NCBI GenBank assembly: GCA_964016885.1
Contig: OZ024743.1
Location: 108,252,001-108,316,000, forward strand
Source: Eledone cirrhosa
Taxonomy: Eukaryota
Direction of reading: 5' to 3'
Length of the DNA: 64,000 nt
Position 1 is the first letter of the stretch; each line of letters opens with the position of its first letter. The position numbers and the translations under genes are program-made. The notes beneath the pieces are model-generated. The model had not been told where the DNA came from. It saw nothing but the letters and a program-made list of their open reading frames with translations, and made no database searches. Below, one piece after another: positions 14,899 to 29,587 of this stretch.

Positions 14899-15250
14899 GT
14901 GGCCTGCCCATTCGACACGAGAGTGCAAGAGAAAGAGAGGGAGAAAATTAACCGATACCAGGACTTAAAGTGGGAGGTAAAAAGGATTTTGAACTGCCAA
15001 GAAGTCAAAGTGGTGCCCATTGTCATAGGCGCACTAGGTACTATCTCAAAAAGTTCCCATGGATGGTTAAAGAAAATTGGCCCCGCCACGCTTTTTGGAA
15101 CGCTTCAAAAGGCATGCTTGCTGGGAACAGCAAGAACCCTCCGATACGTCCTGAATATCTGAGGCTGAAGGTAGTGGCTGGATATTCATTTCAACAAACT
15201 TTTCAGTTAACTAACATCAATGACTGAGACTCAAAGAACAATAATAATAA
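14897..15250 (+). mobile_element. 5'-truncated R4/Dong-clade non-LTR retrotransposon (restriction-like endonuclease C-terminus + 3' UTR)
   Basis: VACPFDTRVQEKEREKINRYQDL...VVPIVIGALGTI...LQKACLLGTARTLRYVLNI* (stop 15162) is the typical R4/Dong/Rex6 RLE end. Flanked by (TAA)n on both sides. Confidence 0.85.
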
Positions 15251-15310
15251 TTGTTTCTACTTTAGGCACAAGGCCAGCAATTACACAGTGCATTACTGGT
15301 ACTTTATTTT

Positions 15311-16634
15311 AATAATAATAATAATAATAATAATAATGATTTCTTTATTGGCCACAAGGGCTGACATCAAGAAAAAAACATTACACATGGCACAGGACGG
15401 TACAGGACTGGCCACAAGGTTCGACCTATATGGGACATTACAAAACACGGATAGTGGGGCTTACAATTAAAATCAAGTAAAATACACAACAACAAAAATG
15501 ATTAACAATAAAAATATAACAAAATACATTCCCCTATAGGGAGGGCAAAGCACAAAAGGGCGACATAGGCACGCCACTAATCCTGAATCAACCGCCAAAA
15601 AACGGGGACAAGGCGATCTTCCCTATAGGCTCGGTTGATAGCCGGATCCGACCTACACGCGACAAAAGCTGTTCGATGTAACTCCACGAGTCAGTAATGC
15701 ACGAATATAGAACGAGTGCCTGTAGAACGCTCTAGTCACACTGCGCGTATCTCAGACAGGTCTGTCTCACAGCGTTTCCGTGCCCGTAGAGTTTATCTCG
15801 AAGCAGCAGTTCCCCCCGATAGCACTGCCAAGCGAGGGATTTCGAACCCATCTGAGTGCGTCATCGTACTTGCCCACCATTAATCTTCTATAGAACTGGA
15901 CCCAGGACTGCAGCTCAGTCAAAGAGAGGAGCTGCGGAAAGGCCTGTCTCACAAAAGGCGACCACACCTGTTCACCGCTTAGGCACAATATCTGTAGATC
16001 TCGCAAACAAAAGAAGTTGAAGAGAAGATGTTTCCAATTTGGCGAGGCGCAAACGGGGGTCAGGTGTTAGTAGATGACGGACAATATTTGGCCGTTCGCT
16101 ACCTCCATTCGACCTTCCAGGGATAGCTTTCTCACAGCATATTTCTGGGTGTTAGTGGCTACACTGATCGTAACCTCGTCCCAATTTTGATCAGGTATTT
16201 GAGGACTTTGCACCCCCGCACATACAGCTACTCCCACACAAGCTCAGCATGCGTCTAAGATATCGTTCCACTCTCGCACTAACTGTAATGGGCGAGACGT
16301 TCCCAGAAATGCTTACATGTGCCTAATGATGTCTAGCCGTCCGCACCTGGTCGGGCGTAGACGACCATCAGTCGAAAGGCACCATTTTGTATCCCTCTTC
16401 TCAACTTTTAAATTCCCGAGTCGACCGACTTAATTTTGTGGGGCGCATGGCGTGTCTCGTCAATTTTGTTTTCTTCTTTTTGAGGTTTAAATATTATGGG
16501 TTGACTTTTACAGAGGGCCAAGATGGGTGTCTTATGGCCCCTTTGTCACGAAAAATATAATTAATTCAATGTAAAACATGAAAGTTAACCAACTAACGGA
16601 GATCACAAAAACACATCTTCACAGTGCGACAACC
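15311..16634 (-). mobile_element. Internally deleted Tx1/L1-clade LINE
   Basis: Minus-strand remnants: APE-like AFRLMVVYA..FLGTSRPLQLVREWNDILDA; NWDEVTISVATNTQKYAVRKLSLEGRMEVAN..SVIY; SWSYIEQLLSRVGRIRLSTE. The 3' end is AATAAAGAAATC(ATT)n. Multiple stops and deletions. Confidence 0.75.
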
Positions 16635-16941
16635 AATAATAATTGTTTCTACTTTAGGTACAAGGCCAGCAAATACACAGTTCATTACTGGTACTTTATT
16701 TTATCGACTCCGTAAGGATGAAAGGCAAAGTCAAGGCAAAAAGCTAGCAATTTAATGGGCATTAGAAAGCCGATTAAATCGAACCCAGTGCATTACTAGT
16801 ACATTATTTTATCGGCCCCATAAGGAGGAAAAAGGCAAAGTTGACCTCGGCGGGATTTGAACTCAGAACGTAAAGGGCCGTATCTCTATGCTGCGAAGAA
16901 AAATGTCGTAAACTCTACCGATACTGCCAATTCCACGCCCT
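16635..16941 (-). mobile_element. Two adjacent SINE-1 pieces (16635-16735, 16740-16941)
   Basis: Reverse complement of the SINE-1 tail/core, followed by a long-subtype copy with head. Confidence 0.85.
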
Positions 16942-17971
16942 CTATTAAGGGCAAAATAATGAAGAGGTTGGTTTAATAATAATAATAATAATAATATTGA
17001 AACCGATAATGATAATTTTATCATGATCCTTTTATCTTGATAGTACTTCAACTTGTGTTTTCTATTAACATTTATTTATTTATTTATTTATTTAAAGTTT
17101 GTAAATATTTTTCATTGTTATTGCTGTAAGCTGTCAATGAATATAGTTTTAAGGACGTTATTCTGTTTCTGATATTTGCGCTATTGGTTTTGTTTCTGTT
17201 TGGAGTTGTTACTGCTGCTTCTGCTGTTGTTGTTGTTGTTGTTGTTAAACCTGCTTGCTACAATTGGTGGTTTGATGACCGTGAAACATATAGAGAATAG
17301 AAATTGGAGGGGACAGAATTCGAAACGTTCAGAGGGAAAGAGAGGGGTAGCGAGAGAGATACGAGATGCGATAAAGAGGAATGGGGACTATAGAAATGTG
17401 ATATAACAAGGGCATGCTAGCAGAAAGCGATAAAGACTAGTAATTTAGAAACAGTGAGAGCAAGAGAGAGGGTAGGAGAGAGAAAGAGAGCGAGCGTGTG
17501 AGGGAAGAGTAAGCGCGTCATAGTAAAAGAAACATGGGAGAATTAAAAGAAATATATATGGATACTCACAAAATGAGAACAAATCCTTTATTTATTTGAC
17601 ACAAGGGCTCGTACATACAACACAAAACAAAGAATACATGATTTGTGTTGAAAATAATGACTTTTTTCTGGCATTAGATTGTGGCCATCTTTAGGCATGC
17701 ATATACACACACACACACACACATACACATACACACACACGCAACTATATATATATATATATACATATATATATAATTTCAGCGAGATCGGATTTCGGCT
17801 GTGGTCGAAAAAAAGCGAAATGCAATATCCGAGTTATGCTAGCAAGCGCTCCATGGACCAAATAAAGACCAGAGCAATACACATAAGTTATAAAGGTCAA
17901 ACAAACTGAGATGGCGGTCAAGAAGACATCAACCACCTAAGCCAAAAGGATGAGGCAAGCCAAACAGGTCA

Positions 17972-18038
<67 letters not shown>

Positions 18039-18053
18039 TATATATATATATAC

Positions 18054-18112
<59 letters not shown>

Positions 18113-18121
<9 letters not shown>

Positions 18122-19259
18122 GATATTAAACAAATGGAAACTATATTTATAAAACCATATTTATTTCATTATACATATTTCAGGGATAGCATATTAAAAA
18201 TATGGCATGCTTTCGTCAGATAAAATACAATATATAAACAGTTTTCTAAATAATTTTGACTCACCATATTATAAGCGACCATTAAATTAGGAAGCTGTCT
18301 GGGTAGTGAATTGTTTATAATTATTTAGTTATAGTGTTAAGCACAGTTAGAAAAAAGACGGAGAGAAAGAAGAAACGGGGGTAAAGAAAAAACAGAGAAA
18401 TAGAAGGGAGAGAAAGAAAGGAGGAGGTGAAAAGGAACAAGGAAGAAATAAGATATATAGCACTTTATCCTCTCTCTTAAGTTTGTCTTTGTGTATGATG
18501 AATTATTATGTATCTATCGCTTTCGTTTGCCTCTCCTATTTCTCTCTTGTTTCTCTTTCACTTCCTCCTATATATTTATATTTTCTCTCTCTCTTCCTTT
18601 CCTCCCCCTCTCTCTCTCCGTTTTTTCTTTTTCTTTATCTCCAGTTTTTTTTCTTTCTCTCCGTCTTTTTTCTAACTGTGCTTAACACTATAACTAAATA
18701 ATTATTATCCTTCTCTCTATATATAGTACTCCCTCTCTCTTGAGTTTTTCTATATGTATGGTGAATTATTGCACTGGGTAATTGCTGGCCTTGTGCCTAA
18801 AGTAGAAACAATTATTTATCTGTTGCTTTCGTTTGCCTCTCTTATTTCTTCCTTGTTCCTTTTCATCTCCTCCTTTCTTTCTCTCCCTTCTATTTCACTG
18901 TTTTTTCTTTACCTCCGTTTCTTCTTTCTCTCCGTCTTTTTTCTAACTGTGCTTAACACTATAACTAAATAATTATAAACAATTCACTACCCAGACAGCT
19001 TCCTAATTTAATGGTCGCTTATAATATGGTAAGTCAAAATTATTTATAAAATTGTTTATATATTTTATTTTATCTGACGAAGGCATGCAATATTTTTAAT
19101 ATGGTATCCCTGAAATATGTATAATGAAATAAATATGGTTTTATAAATATAGTTTCCATTTGTTTAATATCGTATATATACTCCAAAAACTTGTCGAGTG
19201 CTTTATATCAGTTATAACATATTTACTTGTTGTAACCCAACACTTTTAAATAAAACCTT

Positions 19260-19262
<3 letters not shown>
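18113..19262 (+). mobile_element. Fold-back hammerhead element, family B copy 2
   Basis: About 340-bp inverted arms 18113-18453 / 18840-19180 and the same 82-bp tail (19181-19262) as copy 1. (TA)n flanks. Hammerhead at 19066-19131. The spacer holds an ~260-bp direct duplication. Confidence 0.85.
18770..18816 (+). mobile_element. SINE-1 3' fragment inserted in the family B spacer
   Basis: GCACTGGGTAATTGCTGGCCTTGTGCCTAAAGTAGAAAC flanked by AATTATT; absent from the duplicated unit at ~18500. Confidence 0.8.
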
Positions 19263-19303
<41 letters not shown>

Positions 19304-19394
19304 ACATCCGAAGAAGGGCTAAAGCCTGACTCATGCAATTTCTTTCCCTTTTACCATATCAAGTGTGAAACTAATAAGACTTTTTTGTAACTCT

Positions 19395-19630
19395 GATTTG
19401 TTGTTTCCTTAAGAGATGGCAACATGAATGGACCTGTTATTTTTCTCTAAAAACATTTTTTTAAATCCCACATCGTCCCTTCAATCTAACTAATTTCTCA
19501 TTCTTTCTTCTGATGAAGGACTAGCGTCCGAAACTTTAAGACCCTCTTCCTGCTATTTCAAGCGTTAACTTAATATATTCCTTCCATATACTGTACCGAT
19601 TGCGTTGTTATTTCTGTTTACCTTTTACAC
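19395..19630 (+). mobile_element. Family A hammerhead element copy 2
   Basis: Hammerhead 19506-19541: TCTT CTGATGA A GGAC TAGC GTCC GAAAC TTT AAGA. Stem II covaries with copy 1. Confidence 0.7.
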
Positions 19631-19689
19631 ACCCACACCCACACATACACAGACACATACACACCCACACACACATACACCCCCTCCCC

Positions 19690-19720
<31 letters not shown>

Positions 19721-19734
19721 TTATTTCAGCTTCC

Positions 19735-19862
19735 ATCCATCAAATTCCATTAAATGCAAGGCAGCTATAACAAAAACATGCCTAATACTGCACACAGAGA
19801 TTGAAGCCGTAACCAAGTGGTTGTTGTTGAGAGGCAAATCTCTTAACCAGACGGCTATGCTA
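19735..19862 (-). mobile_element. SINE-3 degenerate tRNA-head fragment (relative at ~25066-25165 +)
   Basis: Head-like GCATAGCCGTCTGGTTAAGAG..AACCAC..GGCTTCAATC; the 25k copy has CACCTTGGGCAA. Confidence 0.45.
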
Positions 19863-20136
19863 GCGGCTGAGTATGATATCAGTTGTTCTAATAGAAAGCA
19901 AGAATGATGAGAGATGTGAAATAAATAACAGAAGGCACGGAAAACATGATTGTTTGTACTGCTGAGCTAACTAGAGATGGCCACCATTGAAACTCTCCCG
20001 TGATATAGGTGGTGGAGTACTTTCATGTGTAAGTGTGTGTGTATGTGTTTGTGTAGTTTTATATAGAAGCAAATATGTATGTCATATATACATATCCCTA
20101 CGTGCATACAGGCACAAGAAACCATATATATATATA

Positions 20137-20225
<89 letters not shown>

Positions 20226-20329
20226 CGTGTGTGTGTGTGTGTGCGTGTATGTGTATGAGTGTGAGTGCGGTCGTGTGAGGGGGAGGTGCCAGTTACTTTG
20301 TTGTTGAACATGTCAACGTTCATTTATTT

Positions 20330-20362
<33 letters not shown>

Positions 20363-20948
20363 GTATGTGTGTCTGTATGTATGTGTGTTAGAGTGAGTGT
20401 GTCAGTTTTATCGCTTGTGGAATGAAGAATAACTAACATAAAGCAAAATGGTGAAAGAACTGTGAGTAGAATGATCGCCACTGTGGAATTAGAGATACGG
20501 TTGTCTTATCTAACTATTGTGTCAAAACGGTAGAAAGATAAGCGCGAACAAATGTCATCAAGACATCCCCAGGATAAGGTATATGTGTGGGTGAGAGCGT
20601 ATATCCCTATAGAAAAGGCAGAGCAGCCATAACTTTTCAAGACTATAATATAGCAATGGCTGCGTTTCTCTTAACTGAATGCTTTGGAAAAGAGATAGAT
20701 GTAGTATACAGATAAGGAAACAGATACAATTCTAAGAGTAAAAGAAGCATTAGAAGCAGAAAGAAAAAAAAATATATATATATATATACTAAAAATACAT
20801 TTAAAAAAAGAGTCTAAAAAATATACTAGGTTTTCTTAAATATTTTTCTCCTTTTTCTCCGATGTCTTTGATAAATACATCACCTGATTCTCACATGAAA
20901 ATGATAAAAAGCTATGTATGTATGTTTGTATGTATCTATATATGTATG

Positions 20949-21007
<59 letters not shown>

Positions 21008-21129
21008 TTGTGTGTACGTATATATGTATTTGTGCATGTATATATATATAGAGAGAGATAGATAGATAGTTAGATAGATAGATAGATAGATAGATAGATA
21101 TACATATATAGATATACATTAGGATAGAT

Positions 21130-21320
21130 TCAGTTTGAATTGATTGAAACTGGTTAGGCTATTACTAAACAGAGTACTTGGTACTTAGGATATTAGTTGA
21201 TAGTTATACAATAAAGAGTCGGGACCCAAACGGTTGTGCTCTTATCGTTTCAACAGCTAGTTCCAGACTGATTGCCGAAGGCCTTGCCGTTTAGCTGCCC
21301 GTATCATCAGGGAATGTGGT
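21130..21320 (-). mobile_element. Diverged family C relative with hammerhead-like core
   Basis: The minus strand reads CTGATGA..GCAGCTA..TAGCTGTT GAAAC..GAGC.CA.CCGT..GGGTCC.ACTC..CCTAAGTA..AGTACT, which aligns with family C. Stem III is not clean. Confidence 0.5.
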
Positions 21321-21454
21321 TTATCCAAATAAAGGCTTATATTGTACTCATAGTAAATGCATTTGAGCCCAAAATTCCACTAGATTTTACTTAATAGCAC
21401 CGGCTTGTAGACTAAACGTATACAATCTGTAACTCATTATATATAGAGAGTATT

Positions 21455-22080
21455 ATATCAGACCATATTTAACTTAGTAGCACCACCTGGTGAAGTCATT
21501 CAAATCGTGATTTGAACAACCATGGCCCACGCAAGTAGAGAGTTATTGTTTTAGAGATTTATCCTGAATCTCGTCCGGGAATTTGTCCAATGGTTCATTT
21601 CTCTAATGTTATGGATCTGTTTCTGTGTTTATGTCTATTGGTGTATTGTTGAAGATGTGAAATAATTGTACCGTAATGTTGTTATGAGATGCGGATAGCA
21701 CGGGGGCCATGCCTTAGGCGTTTTTAAAGATGATGCGTACATCGTTTGTGCAACGCTTATGGAATATTGTACGCATCATGCATATAATGTAGCGCTCACG
21801 GCGGTGTTGGAGAGAATAGAGTTTGAACTTTCTATTCGATTGAAATGGTCAAGGAATGACATACCGTCTATCGTTTTTGCAATTGAAATTGGAAGTGCTT
21901 CAATTTTCCTAATTCTTTATTTCTTGTGGGGAAACCACAGTAGACAACAGTATTCAAGGTGGGGCCGGCCAAAACTAGTGAAGAGAAGGATAATGATGTG
22001 GATATCTCAGGAAAAGAAAGTTTTGAAAATGCAAGAAAAGTTCCTGCTAGCCATGTCAACTTTATTGTTTATGAGTAGCC
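21455..22080 (-). mobile_element. CR1/L2-group LINE 3' fragment
   Basis: RPHLEYCCLLWFPHKK*RIRKIEAL..IDGMSFLDHFNR..KLYSLQHRRERYIIC is the CR1-type post-RT region. Stops and frameshifts present. Confidence 0.8.
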
Positions 22081-22381
22081 TAGTGTGGACGAAACCTATC
22101 AAAGTTATAAAAGTATATATACATATATATAATTCAGGATAAAACATTTCAAACACAGTAGCTCATATGTATACTCAGATATAGGGGAAGAAAGTGGGAA
22201 AGACAAAGGAGAGAAAGAGGGAGACTGAGAAGGCAGAATCCAACGGGCCTTCCGCTGGTGTGCTTCGGAAAAGATGGATTTATTGTTCTAAACGTAAAAT
22301 CATTTAGGCATGTCGTTTTGAGGGGAACTTCCAACGTTTTGAACATGTGTTCTTTCTCATCCCATCTCTCTCTCTCTCTCA

Positions 22382-22480
<99 letters not shown>

Positions 22481-22488
22481 TCTCTCAT

Positions 22489-22521
<33 letters not shown>

Positions 22522-22554
22522 GCACGCAAATATATATATATATACACATATGCA

Positions 22555-22610
<56 letters not shown>

Positions 22611-23168
22611 AATGTGTGTATGGTTGTGAAAGTGTGAGTGCGTGTGTGCGTGTGTGTTTGTAACCAGGGCGCAAAAGGCAATTCACTGGAAGAGGTTTTG
22701 TCTAATTTTGCACAATATCTGATGGAATTATGTACTGCTACTAATACTACTACTATTACTACTGCAAGTATTTCAAGGTACTTGCATACATACATACGTG
22801 CATACAAACGCACATAAGCACACATACCCACTCACACATGCACACCGTCACACTCACACACACACACACACATACCCATACATACACACAAACACACAGA
22901 CACTCAAACAGACATATATATATATATATATATACAAAAAAAGTGAAGGAAAGAAAAGAATGTAGTGCACCCAGAAAAGAAAATGTCTAAGAATAGGTTT
23001 AAACAGAAATAACTAATGTATCTAATGTGACATTGTAAAATGTAATCATACATACATGCACACATAACTACCCCCACCCACACCACACGCACACTACGCA
23101 CCCGCACATACACCCACACACCCACACACACCCACACACACACATATATATAAATATATACACACGTG

Positions 23169-23255
<87 letters not shown>

Positions 23256-23696
23256 TGTATATATGTATGTGTGTGTGTCTGTATGCATGATTGCTTATGT
23301 GAATTTGTGTGTTTTGCAAGTATGTGTGTGCGCACTCGTTTGCGCATTCTCCTGTATGTTCCGTATGTATGTCTTGCAGGCGTATGTTGTATGTGTAATT
23401 GGATAAGTCCACAGCATTTAACTGCTCAACTGATCAGCTCAGATCAATATGACCTAGAATAGCCACATTGAAAACTCTTGCTTCGTTGTTGATAACACTT
23501 TGTATCCATGACAACCACGTGCAGATATGTCTGCCTTACCAGTTCTCTATTTTCTCATTGTTCTCGTTAGGTCTTTGTTTTTTAGTTTTATTACATTTTG
23601 ATTTTTTATACTACCTTTTTATCCTCTCTAAACCTTAGAAATCGATAAAAAAAAGCGTAGTTACTTCTGCTGCTGCACATATTCAAATAATGAGCT

Positions 23697-23734
<38 letters not shown>

Positions 23735-23737
23735 TCG

Positions 23738-23816
<79 letters not shown>

Positions 23817-23861
23817 TATGGATGTGTATATATATATATATATATACACTGTATATATACA

Positions 23862-23933
<72 letters not shown>

Positions 23934-24284
23934 GTATATATATATATATATATACACATATATAATGTCCATATTAACATTCAATTAAATTTCCATCTTT
24001 TGAATTATCTCTATGCCTTATGTACATCTTCCTGTTCAACAACTCTCTTGATCAATATACCAATCATTTATTTAATCATTGACAGCCGTAATCGATGAAC
24101 GATCAGTCACTCAATCTATTTGTTGAGACTCTAAGTTTCGGAACATACAGTCTCTAACATAAAAACATCTTGTCGCTGTATGTGTGTGTGTATGTGTGCG
24201 TATATATTTATATATATATATATACATATATATAACGCCCCCCCCCCCCCCCCCCCACACACAACACACACACACATACACACA

Positions 24285-24398
<114 letters not shown>

Positions 24399-25280
24399 AG
24401 TGTGGTCATGTGTGTATTTGTGTCTGTGTACGTATGTGTGGCTGACGTCAGGCTGGTGTATAGTTTCCATTTAACAAATTTCCCAGTCAATATATTGTTC
24501 AATCAGAAGCCCGTATTTCTGCGTAGTCGGTTTGAACGTAGTATCGAATTGTTGAGACACGAACTTCTTAAAGCCCTAAATGCACTTCTGTATGCCATTA
24601 GGTTATGACCTTTCTGCTCTTTAATTTTAGATAAATATCATTAACTGAGTGGTGTCAGTGAAGGGAATCCATGTGGCGTGCCTTTAAAATCTATATATAC
24701 TGTGTTGATATATAGTCATTTAACAACGACGAAATGCCGGGGCTCTTTTTAACGATTCTGCCGTATGTTTTCCGTTGAAATCATTCTTCTTCGTTATTGA
24801 AGAAATATTGTTCAGATTGATGGGTGGCCTCAACAGATAATGGTTTATAACCTCGACGCCTATCACAAACAAATAAACTTTGATGTTTTGCTGTTTCATT
24901 CCTATCTCTTGGTTTTTGTTCAATATTTTTAATATATGTGAGTTTTTTCTACTTGATTTTGAATTTGAAGATAATAGTTGATCGAACTGTCTTCCGATGT
25001 GGTCCCCAGCTAGCAGTTTATTGTGAAAATCAAAAGCATAAAAGTGCTCGTATTTTCATGGCTGATATGGCATATCTGCATGGTTAAAATGTCGATTCAC
25101 CAATCATTACGTACAGGGTTCGTTTTGAGTGCTTGCCACCTTGGGCAAATATCATTTTCAATATAATTTTATATCTGATTATCCTTTTTCGCAGTGTACT
25201 GACTGTATTTTATATTTGGCATCAGTACTACATATTTGATGAAGTCAAGTAAGATAGTTGCAATTCGCTCTTTGTGCTTA

Positions 25281-25360
<80 letters not shown>

Positions 25361-25506
25361 CTTATGTTACTTATAGCTGTGAAAGTATTTCAGTGACCCA
25401 ATGATAGATAGATGTGAGCTTAAACCATATCCAAATTGAAATGGTTTAAGTAGGTTACGAACGAAAAGGTACACCGAGAGTTACCGATCTAACTTCCTAG
25501 GCATAT

Positions 25507-25596
<90 letters not shown>

Positions 25597-25643
25597 CCCT
25601 CCCTCTCTCTCTCTCTCTTCCTCTCCCTCTCTCTCTCTCACTC

Positions 25644-25681
<38 letters not shown>

Positions 25682-25723
25682 TTTCTATATTATATATATA
25701 TATATATATACATAGTGTATATG

Positions 25724-25797
<74 letters not shown>

Positions 25798-26108
25798 TAT
25801 GCACATATATATCCAGGCACATATACAAGCCTCCTACATATACAACTAAAACTTTACAGTTCCTTTGTTAACGTTGTACGTCTTCTATTTTTCCACACTT
25901 AATCCTATTCCCTCACATTACATTGATTACAATCAGTGTGTTTATTTGCCTAATTAATTTAATTTTATTTATTTTTTCAAATTTCCTTCTGTTCTTACTT
26001 CTTCATTATATTCGTTTCTCTTCATCTCGTCTTAAATTTCAAATCACATTTCTTACATCTCCCTGTGCTCCTTCTCCCCCTCGTCATTATCGTCTTCATC
26101 AACATCTT

Positions 26109-26165
<57 letters not shown>

Positions 26166-27027
26166 CATTTCCTCTTATTCCTCGTCACCAGCATCATAAT
26201 CATTATTATCTTCATTGTCGTTCACCTCCTCATCTACGTTCAACTCCTCATCAGTATCAAGTGCATCATCATCATCCCCATGATTATAGATATCATCATC
26301 ATTGTTATCGCTTTTGTCCCTTCCGATGTAAATCAATCCTAACTCTATTGCATCTGTACCGAAACTCTCTTTATCATCAATGCCACCAGCTCTATTCCCC
26401 ATTTATGTGTGTGTAATAAATGTGTACTTCAATATTACACGAACTCACACTCACATACATACGTACATACGTACATTAAAACCGGAAGATCATACATACA
26501 TACACACACATATGCACACAAAAGCATATTTAACATCTCACATTTTACAGGTAACTTCTTTAAATGTCACATCTTTCATTTAATCTCATATCATACTTCT
26601 CACACATCACATTTCACACTTTACATTTCACAGCTCACATTTCACGCCTAAAATCACACACTCTGAAAACCGCACCTCATATATCAACTTTCATATGTGA
26701 CCTCTCACAACACATGTCTCATATCGTACATGTCACATCATACTCTTTGCAATCCTCAACTTGCATTTCACATTTCAAATCGTTTATCAAACGTCACTTC
26801 CAACTTCGTTGCCAACCTCCAATAGTGAAATCCTAATTTCCACGGATAAATATCTCGCAATTCCCTCTCCCATCTCACTCTGAGGTACATGCTCGTGCAT
26901 TCTCAATGATACTGGTCTTTGTTTATACACACATTCAAACAGACATACGCACTCACAAATGCGCACACTAACATGTTCAGACATGCACAATCATAAACAT
27001 ACATACACTAGAACATACTCAACAGAA

Positions 27028-27119
<92 letters not shown>

Positions 27120-27122
27120 ATT

Positions 27123-27238
<116 letters not shown>

Positions 27239-27589
27239 CGCTAGTTCAGACATACATACACAAACATACGCCAAAATATACACAAAAGACGAACAGAGAC
27301 ATATACGCACATACATGTGCATACATACATGCACATACACATTCATACGCAAATACAAATATGCCCAAATATACTCAAAAGAAACACACAGTTAGAGACA
27401 TACAACAACAATCACATGCGTGTACGCACTAACTCGCTTAAAAGGCCATTTACCCCCCAAAACCATTTTCTCACATCTCACATCTAACATCTCAATGGTC
27501 CTACCTTCTTAATCATTCTTTTCCTTATCTTTCCAGCATCTCACATCTCACACAAGCGAGCACACACATATTCCTACATGCACTATCGC

Positions 27590-28180
27590 ATACATACACA
27601 CACTCTCACATATACTAACACAGACATAAACGCACACTCTGATATACAGTAACACAAAAATACACACACACACTCTCAAATGCGCTAACACAAATATACA
27701 CACACACTCTCACATGCACTAACACAAACAAACACAGACACACTCTCACATACACTAACACAAACGTACACATACACTCTCATATCCTCTAACACAAACA
27801 TACATACACACTCTCACACACACTAACACAGTCGTACACACACACACTCACATACACTAACACAAACATACACACACACGCTCACATCCTCTAACACAAA
27901 CATAAGCACACACTCTCACATACACTAACACAAACATACACACTCACTCTCAGATACACTAACACATACACACACACACACCCACTCTCACTTACACTAA
28001 CACAAACATACACACATACTCTCACTTACACTAACACAAACATACACACACACTCACATGCATTAACACAAACATACACACAGAAGCACTCAGATACACT
28101 AACACGAACATACACACACATACACACGCACATACACACAAGCTAGCGCACACTCACATACACACTGACATACACGCACA
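27590..28180. repeat. ~32-36-bp minisatellite (CACACACACTCTCACATACACTAACACAAACATA), roughly 15 units
   Basis: CTAACACAAAC recurs at ~32-36-bp spacing. Confidence 0.85.
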
Positions 28181-28446
28181 CTCAATTGTATATTGACAAA
28201 CACATACACACACATCCATCTATACACACAGATATGCTCCTTGTGTCAGTGTCATTGCTCCTTTGTTCTCCGGGGCTGTACACCACCCATACCCGCCCCA
28301 CTCACACCCCGCCCCTCCCCAAATTTTCCGTTGGTTTCCGTTGTTCTTACGAATCCACCGAACCTGTTTATTTGTCTCATTATCTTCTTATTAAGAAATA
28401 ATAACAATAAAAATAAAAATTAAAAATAAACAGACCAAAATAGAGA

Positions 28447-28447
28447 A

Positions 28448-28508
<61 letters not shown>

Positions 28509-28559
28509 TACATATATGTAAGTACACACGCACACACAAACAACACACACACACACATA

Positions 28560-28638
<79 letters not shown>

Positions 28639-28738
28639 GTACGTATGCAGACAGATAAACACATGAAGAGAGAGAAGATGAGACGTGGAGAGAGAATGAA
28701 AAAATAAGAGAGTGATTGAGAGGAAAAGAGATAGAAAT

Positions 28739-28819
<81 letters not shown>

Positions 28820-28919
28820 GAGAGAGTGAGAGAGATGGAGAGAGAAAGAGAGAACGAGGGAGATAGAGAGAGAGAGATAGATAGAGAGAGAGAGAGAGAG
28901 TGAGAGAGATAAAGAGAGA

Positions 28920-29011
<92 letters not shown>
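28447..29011. repeat. Compound (TA)n/(CA)n/(GA)n microsatellites, representative of dozens of arrays across the window
   Basis: Direct reading, e.g. also 323-412, 934-1260, 22365-22610, 25510-25800, 31280-31580, 46785-47015, 53845-54058. Confidence 0.98.
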
Positions 29012-29013
<2 letters not shown>

Positions 29014-29463
29014 CAAATAATGAAAGAAATGAAATGAGGGAGAACCACAGGAAAAAATATATACGAGAGAAATAGTGAAGCGAAGAAAGAAATTTAAACA
29101 AAAAAGGGAAAATAATATAAAAAAATAGAAGTTATGACAATGAATACAAAGAAAAGCAAGCGAAATAAACAGAAATAAATAAATAGATAAAGAAGGCAGA
29201 AATGAAGATAACATAAAGAAGAACTTTGAGAAAGAAAGAATAAATAAATGGCTGGATGAATGAAATATTCAAAACAATATACAAAATTAAAACAAACAAT
29301 TGAACGTAAGAAATATATGAGGAATCAATATACAAAAAATATACATATTAGAAAAACATGAACACGAAACAAACGAAGGAGTTTACGAGTGAATGAATTA
29401 AGCAGATAGAGTTTACCCCTATCTTCCTTACGTATCGCAGACACACACATACACACGCATGTA

Positions 29464-29525
<62 letters not shown>

Positions 29526-29555
29526 TATATATGTATATATATATATGTATGTATG

Positions 29556-29587
<32 letters not shown>

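Noticed and set aside
25923-26342. Poly-His ORF
   Set aside because: A (CAT)n microsatellite in low-complexity context.
27590-28180. CRISPR-like periodicity
   Set aside because: No unique spacers; eukaryotic minisatellite.
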